Source of the DNA: Lingula anatina
Taxonomy: Eukaryota > Animalia > Brachiopoda
Length of the DNA: 64,000 nucleotides
Assembly: GCA_051362555.1 (NCBI GenBank)
Contig: CM120641.1
Coordinates: forward strand, 17,980,001 to 18,044,000
Reading direction: 5' to 3'
Each line of letters starts with the position of its first letter. The stretch's first letter is position 1. The notes beneath the pieces are model-generated. The model was given only the letters and a program-made list of their open reading frames with translations, was not told where the DNA came from and ran no database searches. Of the stretch, positions 12,301-25,100 are shown piece by piece. The position numbers were made by a program, and so were the translations under genes.

Positions 12301-15300
12301 CTATGAAAAATAAAAAACAAAAGAAAAAAAACATTGGTAAATTTACACCTCAGTTGGAAAATAAAATACCTGGATAATTTGAGTCCACTGTCACTAACAT
12401 AACTGAAGAATAAAAGAATTTGATAATTGCGTATTGAAACAAATTAACCCCCCCTTCCAAAAAAAAAAAATAAATAATAATAATAATAAATAAAATAAAT
12501 AGAAAGCAGACTGAATTTTGGAATTAAAGGCACATCTGGAGAACAGAATTAATCAACACTAGAGATATGTTCAGGTATCTCTTCAGGGGAAAAATTCACT
12601 CTGAACACACACTACATCTTTGAATATTCTAAGTATAAAACAAAGTGCACATAAAAAAATCTCAATAATCTGGTCAACTTAAATCAACTAAATCTTGAAG
12701 TAATGATATCACAGAGACAATGATAATAAAGAGAATATATTTTAATCAGAATTTGAAGTGAAATTGGCTACAATTTAACCTGAGGTTTGTGATGGCCTTA
12801 ACCTAATATGGGAACATTTATGTGGTTTTGATTAGTGCAAGATATGATCTATCTCAAAGCATACAGGATAAGAACTTTTTGGCATAATGGACAAAATTTG
12901 GTCATACTTTTAAGACAATAAAATCAAAGTACTTGAGGCAGAATGCATACATCCATGATGTTTCAATAAATCATCATAGGAAATATCTTAAACAAAATAC
13001 TGCGTCATCTTAAAATTCTTCTAGTGCATATTTATACTGCCTAAAAGTAAAGTAAATTGCTTAAAAATGAAGATAATTGTTCAGTTGGAGATTCTTCTGT
13101 TAAACTGTGCTCAGGGTCTCCATAGGAAAACCTTTTTCTCATTCGTATGGTAGAAATATTACCAATCCCCAAATCTGTGATCCAATACAAAGTTTTGTGT
13201 GACTTTAATTAAAATTGCCAAGACCTCTCTCATGACTAATCAAAGCTAGTTACAAAAATGCAAAGTTGACCAAAAAAGCATGAACTTTCATACTTTGAAC
13301 AGACATGCCACTGTACCTACAAACTAAATTATTTCAATCTAAGTTTGCATTCAAATTTTAAATTCTAATACCAGTGATTGGAAAAAGAAAGTTTTATTTG
13401 ATAAATCAAGAATTTTATTCTTCCTACCTCTAATGTTTGTTGATGTGCAACTTCTAAAGCCCTGTTCACATCAGAACTAACCTGGACCAGAAATAGACTA
13501 ATTGACATCACAAGACAAGCTGGGAGTCAGTCTCTCCAAAAATTTGTGAACTGACAACCAGGAGTCAGGTTCAAATAATGGCTATGGCCCAATAACTGGT
13601 CCGAAATTTTTAGACCCAAATTTAGTTTAAGATAATTTTACAAAGGCCACTTAATTGCAACAGGTATTCGTCTGAAACATTTAAGACTCCTGTGCTAAAA
13701 ACAGGTTCAATATTTTATTTAATTGGACTACTGCTAACTAATTTACCTCGTGTTAGGGTGAAGTTAAATTTTGTACTATAAGTGAAAAACAGATTTGGCT
13801 ACAGCTTGTGAAACAGGCCACAGGTTCAGCTGTTGGATCTCTGGTACAAATGCTCTGTAAAATATTGCAAATCACACTGCCACTGTTGCGAGTTCATGAG
13901 ACCAAAGCTTTGTGAAACTGCACAATTACAGAGATTTTGCTAACATTCTTTGTCAATCACACTTTCTGCTTGATGATGTGCAACGGTCTATTCCAAGTTT
14001 CATTCAAAGTCCTGATTTTTCTTACAAAACTGATTGTATTTCCATTTAAGTAAAAAAAAAAAATAATAATAATAATAATAAATTAAAAATAATGTTAAAA
14101 AATGATTGGTAAATTCCGAATTGTGAGATGGGTTTAAGTGAAGAACATTTTTGAGATAACTTATAAAAGATTGCTTTCAAGTAAAATCATGATTTCATAA
14201 AATCTTACATTGTGTAATTATTAACTACTGTTTTACTGCAAGAGAAAACTACAATAACACACAAATATTTATTTCAAACAAAATGAAACAGCAGTTAGCT
14301 CTTTTCATCAAGTCATACAATTTTTAAAAAAATTATCAGATTTATTGACAGTGTGCAAGTCATGTCACGGCAGACTGAACCAATGTGGACCAAAGATGTA
14401 AATATGCAGTTCTGGTAAAATCTTATTTTCATTGGCATTTTAAAATGTTTCGTAATAACAGATAGATCTATAATTAAAGAAAAATAAAAAAGAAATTTAT
14501 TATCATAAACAAGCACAACTTAAGTTTAACTTAAGTTTGAAAACATGTAGAGGTATTTAGGGAAATGTGCATAATGTTTAGTGGGGTTAGTTAATCCTAA
14601 TATCTTATAGGTGTTTCATTTCATTTTTTTAAAATTATTACTGCAAAAGTTTAAAAAGATATCTAAAACTGTTATTGCCTGCTTGCAATCGCTGGTGAAC
14701 AAACCTATTTGTTTACTGCATGCTTTGTGTGTTGAAAGCAAGGAGGGAAGGGACATGCCAAACAATGCCCATCACCAATCAATAAAAATTTGATCACAAT
14801 CTCCGCAAAAATATAAGATGCAAAAATATGGGTAAATTTTGAGAATAAGTCAATTAGGTACCAAAAATGGGTAAGGGTTAGTGCTGCTACGAATGAAGCG
14901 CCCGTACCCTGTACTTTCAGAGTCCCTCCGTCCAATCACATGTCCAGGAATCCATCCCTCGGCAGCCGGCGAATTTTCATTGGCCGTTCTATGAACCAGG
15001 CACATATTGTGTTGGTTGGTGGCAAGAATTTGAACAGTTTCACCTTTGAGCAAGGAGATTTCATCCTCTTTAACGGCAGTATAGTCCACTAAGGCCTTGG
15101 CTAAGATTGGTGATTTCTCAGTCTATAAAAAGTGAAGGGAAAAACACAAACTTTTAGTCTGTCTTTTCAAACTTGGTCACATGTATTTTTTTTATTTTCA
15201 ACACAGTATTTATTGAACATATACATCTTGACACGCCTGAGTAGAATAAGAAAAACAAACATCTGCAGAAGACTTATTTGCATTAAAAGGAACACTGAAA

Positions 15301-18300
15301 ATGGTATCATACAACTATAGAAGACTCAAAGAGAATAAATACATAAGAGAACTCGAACCACTCATACTACTTAACTGTCTACATCAACATTAGCTTGGTT
15401 TGTATGTTGCTGTTAGAGAGAAAATTGTATGCTGATCTACAGTAAATTGCACATCATGGAATGAGTCGGAAAGTTTGTACATTATTCTTTCTAACAATAT
15501 AATTATCAAATGTACATTTACATGGTGTAAAAACTTTTCTACGATCACAGAGAAAATTGCGGCTGCTTCAGACATAGCCTTAGATTTGTTAAAAGCATTT
15601 TATTTAATGAAACGACTTCAGACCACCATCACAAATTTCTCTTTGAGTCTGAACCCTGTCTCCATCCAAACCATGTCATGCAGATTGCTTTACACTAAAA
15701 AAAGTATCTAAACACAGTTGACACTGTCACTAAAACATAGCAGGAAGTTAAACGGATCTATCGGAAGATGGTAGAAACTTTACCATGATGTATTTCTGTT
15801 TTGAGTTTTTAACACACTGCCTCAGATATTCACTTGACAGAGAAGAGTCATCTTCAGGCATCAGAACCAACAAAAGATGTTCTCAAAATTAAACAGGTGT
15901 TAACATTTCATTTAAAAAAGATGTTTGTTTTTTTCTTCAAAAGATGGAATTGGATCAGTTAGCAAAAAGCAGTTTGCTAGCAATGACACTACTTTTCAGC
16001 CAACCAGTTATCATCTAGTTTATATGTTGCAACTCATATTTCCGAACCCGCAGCATGCAACTTAGTCTCCACTTACAGGAGAGCTTCCATCCTCTTGTGT
16101 TTCTCTACTGTTCTCTTGTGGTGTTTTTTGCTTGTCACTGTCTTTTATAATATCAGGCATTGATCCACTGTGGTGTAAGTCAGTAGGGCTCTTGGGCCCT
16201 CCACCCCCCTCTGATCTGGGAGAGGTTTTAGTTTTATAACCACTGAAAAATCCTTCAAAAAGGTTCTTTTTGTTACTTTTGACTTCTTTGGAATGAGGCA
16301 AAGAGTGGGTTTTCTTTGCATCATCGTGATGTGAAACTGAAGAATGTTTGGGACGTGGTATAGAGGATGATGCAGTTCTTTCCACCGGAGAATTGGGTAA
16401 TGAAGCTTTGTGCTGGCGATTTTCATCATTTCTCTTTGAATCTGGCGTTGGCAGAGGTCCTGGTATTGAACGACATCGTGAATGTTTTTTCTTATCTTTA
16501 CTTGTCCCATTATCCTCTTGGCCACATTCTGAGCATGTTCCTAATGGCGGCGGACTGACTGGTGAAGACTGCGTCTTCCGCAGAGCACTGTTCCTGGTTA
16601 AACTACCAATATCAGGAGCAGACCTGGAATACAAATGTGTCAATATGCATACCATGCAGTAATTGTTAACTGTTAATACCATATTTACAACCGGGCTGAA
16701 GCTAGCAGTGAATGGGTTAAGTTTCTTTTTTTTTATAGTAATGTTTAAGAAAAAAAAACACATTTTATTATTTCCACGCCCATTTAACACTCCAAAGGTC
16801 CATAAGTTCAGTTTTAAAAAATGTTTAGATATATTAGAAAAACAAGTTATACTAGCATTGGCCCAGGATAATCTATAGAGCATATCAGAAATGAGCAATT
16901 ATCTTTCACAAGAATGGCAGGAAATTAGTATACAAAAACCCAACATTTTACTAAAAAAATTTTTATACCTATTAAAAAAAATAAATGTTTGAATAAATGA
17001 TGACTGAATTGCTTCAAAATGCAAGAGCATGCTGTTAATTTTAGTAAAGCAAAAAAAAAAAAATAATAATAATAAATAATTTAAAGCATACAACTGCAGT
17101 TATTATGTCTACACTTACAATTCTTTTGTGAGTTCTTTTTGGTAGGCTATTGGTGATTGCAATGCTGAAAATGAAAGAGAATTTACTGTAAAATATATCT
17201 AAAAATATCATTTATAACAATGTTTAATATATTATATAAATGAACGTAATTTCAAGTAAGCTCTGTTCACATCAAACATAACAACAGTAAAATCCGTTCA
17301 ACTTAAAATATGCCACTGAATTGTAATCTTTTTGTCTGAAATTCAGCTATTAAAATTCATATTCTATATACAATAGTTTTGGGTCTATAAGTTTAGTTTG
17401 CCTACCACTATTATCTTATCAAAAAAAAAAAAGTTTCACTGTTCACACAAGATATGGGTTCCATGACAAAGTCCACACAGGATATTGTATCCTCTTCAAT
17501 TTTTTTTTTAAGATACTGTATTCACATCAAACAGAAAAAAAAATCACAAAGTTATGTACCCACAACAAATTTACTTCTCAAAATTTCCTTAAACTCAAAC
17601 ATCAAATAGAATTTTGTTAAAATATCACTCAATGCACCAACCTTAAGCCTTCAACAGCTTTGTGACCAATTCATAACAGATAACAGTAACAGTATATCAC
17701 ATTCATTATGTTGTATGAGGATCAAATTTAAAAGCTTAAATTGGGATTTTTTTTCACCAGTTTCTATGCAACCTCCATATAAAACAAAGATATGATTAAT
17801 TTATGAGGATGTTTTCCTACTCTACTGGGCTTTTCTTCATTTTTTAACTTCAGACTTTTTTAAACAAGTTCTTTATGCCCAGAAGAAAAAAAAATCAAAC
17901 TCACTAAAAAGACATCTGTATTTAAGAATGGACCCAGGTAAGGTCAACAAGTAATTGTTGAAAATCTTACAGGACTTAATGCTTACCTCTCAGAAAATCT
18001 CCCTGCATGTCTAAAATTTGTCGTATGAGACTGTTCCACATGTCTCTTTGTTCCGTGCCTGCAGCTTGTAATATCCACCTGGCGTCAGAGCCTGGCGCTC
18101 TATCCACCAAGACAAAACAATTGGGTTCATCTTCTATGGATTCAATGAGCGACATTTTATTGACCTTTTAAAGAGAAATAAAATATGTCAGTTGTATATC
18201 ATTGATTTTAAAAGAGACATTTTATAACCCTTGACAACCTCTAAAAATGACCGGAATCATCTTTCTTGTCCTTATGAGAAATCTATTATTTATAAGGGTG

Positions 18301-21300
18301 CATAGATACATTATGTAAAATCCAAATGATTTTTTCTAGAATTACATCAATATAATTTTAATTCGTATGACTAACTGATAATACTCGTAACTGCATACTA
18401 TACTGCTCTCTTGTTCTCTTTACTAGGAAGTAAGCCAATGACCTTATCACTGTGCATTGTGTATATGTTATAAAACATAAAATCAAGTGGCATAAATACC
18501 ATTTACAGAGGATTATAAATCAATTAATCTGCTGAAAATGGGTGTAGATTTGAAAGTTTATCTACTAAGTTGTTCTGTTTAAGGCTGCAATAGGATTAAA
18601 CAACTTTTACCTTTTTTTTTTTCATCACTTACATATAACCTGAAAAGTGAACTTACTTTTATGCTGTTCTTGTAAATGTAAGTTGGATTTGAGATGTTCC
18701 CCTTCTTTCTATCAATCATATCACTGAAGATAATGATCTGTTCAAACAGGAAAACTCTGCGTTCTTTAAACTTATGTTGTCCTCCAGGAACAAACTCGGC
18801 CACTTGGACTGTGTCCTGAAACAACAAGGGATTTTATGCTCACCATATTTTGGAACTTATTTTCTATATTAGCAGGTCTATTGATTGATTAATCAATTAA
18901 GTGATCAACCAATCAAGGCAATTCATCCAATCAAGGAGAATCCACAGGTTCATGCTTTACTGTTTGAAAATATCATGTGAACATTTGACAACCTGCTGTA
19001 AAATATTTTAATCTCTTTAGGCATATATGCCAAAATCCTTGATTCAAAAGGTTATCTAGAACAGTTAATCTATTGTGTGCATGAGGCATAAAGATTAAAA
19101 TCATTCCCAGTAACACATCCACAAGTATGTTTTTTATCAAAGACAATACTGTTTATATATATATACCTGATGCAATAGTTTTCCCTGTGCTGTAATTTTC
19201 CCCTGAAAATATAAAGATAACTATTAAGACTAGAAAATCAAAAATTCTATTCTCATAACATTATGGAGTACTATCAAGTTCTGTTGATAAATGTTTTAAG
19301 TCAAATACTATTACACTGAGAAGATTTATTCTAAATCTTAAGGCAAACACACTATTTTAGAGCCAAGAACTTTTACAAACCATGTTTTGTGTATGGTAGG
19401 TTTCTGCTTTGAGAACTCTTATTATGGAAAAGACCAGAAGATTCACTAAAACAAAAATGCTAGAGTGTGCCATAAAGTGCACCCCTGTAGCCAGCAATTT
19501 CAATGGGGATCTTATTTTTTTCTGAAAAAGTAAACCTTTTACTTTCTCCCCTAGTTGACCCAACAAGAGAAATGTCTTAGAACCTAGAACAACTGATTCA
19601 GAATGGGCCACTTCCAGCCAAAGGGGTGGTTCTATTACCCTCCCCACCCCTACCCCCAAGTCTATGGGCTGACATGGCCGTGCTTACATCAAATCCCTGT
19701 AGCCTGCCCACATTCATCATATCATTGGCAGCCTTAGGAACCACTCTCATCACCTCCAGGGCTCTCTCCAGGTCTTTGGTATCCAAACCTGCTTTCTGAG
19801 TATGTTTCATTATATCCTGAGGTTAAAAGAAAAAAAGAAAAAAATATGAAAATAATTCAAAAGAAAGAAGGGGTTGGTTGACAATGATGGCAGTAATAAT
19901 TACAGTATTCCGTTTTGTCTATTTATTCCAATGCTACACTTACTACTGATATCTATCTACTAAAAAAAATTCAAAAGAAATCTCTGTATGCTTTAGTGTG
20001 TGTAATATCTTTATCCTCAGCTACACATTTTACCCAATCCAATTTACTATATTTCCTCACAGCAGCGAACAGTAGTAAAGGATCAGTAAAACATTATTTC
20101 AGAAAAAAAGCTAGCTGCACCTTAAGATCCCAGCTTAATTATAAACCGCATCATAATGTGCATTCTAAGTTTCATACCCACAACATACCTTGAGCAGAAG
20201 CTGATATTTCATAATTCTTTGGACTGGCTTGATCAGTAAGTCAGGTAGTGTGAGCCTGTGTCCCAATTTCTGTCGCAATTCCTACAAATAAAACCAGATA
20301 TATCACTGAAAGCATTTCTTGCAGATTCTGGAGACATTAATTATAAAATAAAATAAACAATATCCTTTCATAACAATTCCAAAAATTCTTTTGAAAAAGC
20401 AATTTGGGTTCATGCAAGAAAGCATATTTTTGAGAGTAACTAATCTTTTAAATCTTGAAAAAATAAAACAATGGTAGAAGTTTGTGTCTGAAATTAGATT
20501 AATTACCATAAGTTTTAAGTAAGAGAACAGTTTCGTGGGCAGAGGCATGATTTGGTAAGCTTGTTCTTTGATGAAGTCTAATCAGATTATGATAAATAAA
20601 GAGAAAATTGCACAGTTCAGCTAAAAAATTGCTTTCCCTTTCTGATCATGATTGCCCATCATGAAATTAAAAAATAAATAAATAAATAGTTTATTTTCAT
20701 TTGGGGAAGAGGCAGCAGAGAGTCATATTTACCTGGTATGTTTGTATAATACTTACCTCAAAATAAGTGTCTAAGAATTCTGCTACTATAAAATCTGACT
20801 TGGGTTTATTTTCACAGTATTTCACATACATATATAGCCTTCTTTCCTGTAACAGAAAAAAAAAACACTCAAGAAACCTTGACAGTGAAGAAAAATTATA
20901 AGTTCAAATACTGCTGATAAAAAAATAATAAATGACCTATGGCAAGGATTAGGGGTGTATCCTTTGGTTTTCATATGCTTCTATATAAAACAAAATGATA
21001 ATAATTATTCTATCTCTTGCTTTATCAATGTGATGTTTTAATCCAAACTCACAGTTAATGAGTTTTTCAAAGAATGCTCTGCAGCTTCTAAAAACTCTCA
21101 TTAAAGAAAAAAAAATCAACATCTGCTTACATATCTAATGAAGTTCAGTGCTATCCTATCAGGTTCATCTGCACATTTTTCTAGTTCTTTGCTAAATGTG
21201 CTGAAAAAAGAAGTAACATAATAATTATAAGAAAGAGCAGCTAGTAAGTTTTCTTTCAGGCAAGTAAACAATATTACCACAAATATCAATTCAAGAAAAA

Positions 21301-21334
21301 TTTTCCACCTTTTTCCTTCATTTCACAAAATGGG

Positions 21335-21382
<48 letters not shown>

Positions 21383-22112
21383 TTAATACCAGCCATAAAG
21401 AAATTTTAAGTAATGGTAGAATATGCCACATTTACAGACACACTGCTGATAACAACTTAGTTTTAATTTACAACCAGAACCCACTTACTCTCTATGCCAT
21501 TCAAATATCTGTTGAATGTTCCCAAAGATCATTTTATCCTTGCCTTCCATGTCTTCTGGCAAATGACCTTGTTTCATTTCCTCCATATAACCCTGAATTA
21601 TAAAATAACAGGATTAAATTTACAAATATCAATATATAATTATTTATAATCAATACATCCTAAATGTCAGGCCATTTATCTGTTATTCTATCAGGATGAG
21701 TTTTTTTTATAGATCTTTTGAAAATAATAGAAAGAGAAGACTATTGCAAATTCACTGTAAGGTATTTTAGTATTGTTAATGGGTAGCATTTATGTTAAAG
21801 AAACAACTTAAGTTTTATCCCTGTGGGAAATTAATACATAAGAATCATCTGATTTCAGATTTTTAAACTCCAAAAACCCCTGCAAAAAAAAACAGAGGAC
21901 ATGATAAGGCCCAATTCTAACCTAGTGTCATCTTACCTCTATAATTGATCCTAAATCTTTGACATAGTCCCTTTCTGTTTCTATTAACTCCAGCACAACA
22001 TACCTGAAAATAATTGTGAACCAGTAACTTACTAACAAAACTATCATTCAATTTGAGATATAATCTGCATCATTATAATTTTTATTGTGACTTCACATAG
22101 CTGCATTATCTC

Positions 22113-22144
<32 letters not shown>

Positions 22145-25100
22145 CCTACCTCCATAAAATACATAACAGTTCACTGTTTTTCACAATCATTTCTACAGAC
22201 AACTCAAGTGTAAGATACTTACTGTCGCTTCTGTAAATACTTTTTCTTGACAGCTTCAGGATCGTCTACGGCTGGCTCTGGGGTTGCGTCTTCCTCCCCT
22301 TCTTCAGGGCCCTCACATGTATCCTTCTCCTCCATATTATCACCAAACTCCTTCAAAGATACGAAAAAAAAATGCATGTGTTACAAAAATAGAATTCAAT
22401 CAACCAATTAATCAATCAGTCAACCTGTCAACTAATCAATAAAGTGAGAAAAAGACAGACACAATATCCATGTCTATCCTCCCCAGGGAGGTGAGAATGT
22501 CTATAAATAATATGACTTGGGGGGAGGGCCAGGGAGATATAGGAATATTGTTGACTAGCCTAATAAAAAGTGTAGTGTGGTATATGAATAGCAGATTTTT
22601 ATCATTACTTATGGCATATGTAATTTCTCCTTCCTATTATTCTAAAACATCTTAAGAGGCACATGTAGCATGCACGCTCATGCAGACACACACATACAGA
22701 GGGGCCTTTACATAGAAACTGTGACATCTCCAAACAGTTTTCATATTTTTTTTCTATCAATTTTCTTTCTGAAATCGACATCTAGTATATCAATTTAATA
22801 AATCCCAAAGCGACAATCACCAAGCTTGACTATTCTCACAAGATAAGAGGCAATTAATTAATGCTGATGACCAGAAAGCTTGTTCTCCTGGTTTGAATCC
22901 ATCAATCAGGCTTATGTTGTCATCTCACTTCTCTATATAATACAACACAGCCAGTATCCCAGTACTGGAATATCCTAAGGTGAGGGTTCACACAGTGGGT
23001 ACATTGTAATCATTGTAATATAAATAGTTGAGATATTTCTGCTGGTATTACCGATAACAGGAGTAGATAATATGAGCAGCATCGTGACATGTAATTTACA
23101 GTTTTAAAATCATTCCCGTCTTACATATGGTATATGTATCCATGACAATTTTCTCAGTGCTTTTCAGCTTACATCAATATTTTTCAGATCTTTTCTCATG
23201 AAGATTCTCTGATAAATAATAAAAAATCAAGTCAGATCATCTAAAATATGTTTAACTGTTTTCTTTATTTTAAGTATTTTTTTCATTTTGTAAAACATGA
23301 CGAGGCAAGTTCAAATTAAATTTTTTCACCCATTTTCACAATGTTTTAAGGAACAAATGCTTTAATACTAAGAATTGTCTAAATAATATTTTTTCAACTG
23401 CATCAAAATTGTTACTCAGTCTGTGGTTTACAGCACAAATAACCCCTCACTTGTAACATGACTAATTTGTGGCAAGGATCCTCATACTACAGATAAGACC
23501 ACTGACTGACCTACCAAACCATATGTTACCATTTTAAGTAATACTGACATATAATAAACAAATCATGTTATAAAAACACCATCTTCTCCCACTAGACTCC
23601 AGATCCAAAAACTGAATTTAGATAACTGGTTATAGAGAAAGTGGTGATCTTATGGGACATACAATGATAGAACTTGTTTTAAAAAATTGACAATGCCTTA
23701 TATTTTACTCCTTCCAAAGCATTCAAAATACTTGATATATTTAAGTATTTTTTGTATCAAATTACTTTATTTCCTTTGGTCTGAAGGAAATAAAGTCCAC
23801 TACCATCTCTGGTCATCATTTGCTACCATTTAGGACCTAAGAAGTGTTTTCTTTTAGAGAAATAATGCAATTGTCTGAATGGCCTTCGCAAAGCTTCAAC
23901 TTACCAATATGTCCACATAAAACACTGCCTCAGGAAAATTACTACCTAAGAAACCCATACAGTCCATTGGGAATAAAATCCACATGCAACTGTGCTCCAA
24001 CCCAGCCTTTTCTTACAACAAGTACATACAGTTGTAATGAATAGCAGTGCATGCCTGTTGTATAAGGGACATACATGTGCAAAGCAATCAGTGGCCAAAT
24101 TATCAGGCATTTTGTTTTATCTCATACAGACCATTACAGAGGGAGGTGATAACATCTAAATATAAAAACCATTCACCTCTCATTACTCTCTGATAGCTTA
24201 ACAATGTGTTTTATTCATATACATTTTTTAACCTCTTACCAATATATAAATATACAGTACAGCAAGAATCTAATGTACATATTGAATGTACAGTAATTTA
24301 TATACATTCATGTTAATTTATTGTAACAACAAACAGTATTTCCACATACAAATTATTGTGTAAGTTGTAACAAGTGTGCAGGGTAATATAATCAAATGAA
24401 TGCACAACATCGTATCCATTATTTTTCAATCTTGTTATTTGAAATCATATCTGCCCTTGATAAGACATCGGACATTACAGCTGCTGACATTTAGAAATGC
24501 AGGAAGATATCATCCTACTTTATATTTCCATATTGCTTACTGAAAAAAAAAAAACATTTCTCAAAAAAGGCTGCTCTCCTCTCCCATACACCTGGCCTCC
24601 ATTTTACGACACAGGCTCTTAACTTCATGCAAATCTAAATGGCAACCTGCACAAATTAATTTGTACTTGGTCACTGACATTCATGCTTCAATTTCATCTT
24701 CAATTCATTAAACCCATTTCTCTTCAACTGGTTTAATTGTTATTTTCATGCAAACAAAAGCCACTGTTGATAAATGATAGCAATTTGTAAATGGCATTCA
24801 TACACATTAACCTACCTCAATGCTGAGGTATTAAGCTGACCAATTGTTTGACCAAAATTTGATTAAACCCTTAATTCATGGTGAATTTTTAACATAACCC
24901 TTCTCTCCTCTATGACAAGTGTCTATTAACATTGACCACCTGATAATATAATTAGTACTGGTCTCTAATACAATGGGATTACTTGGAGAAGGGGGGAAAG
25001 CAGCCAAAAAATTTGAACTAAAACTAACCGAGAGCAGCTTTTCATTCATGCCAGATAACTCTGGATTATATGTATATATAGATATATAATGATTATGTAT

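Noticed and set aside
15784-15795. 12-nt in-frame microexon (KYIM) with cag/gtaaag borders
   Set aside because: The acceptor lacks a pyrimidine tract (aaaactcaaaacag).
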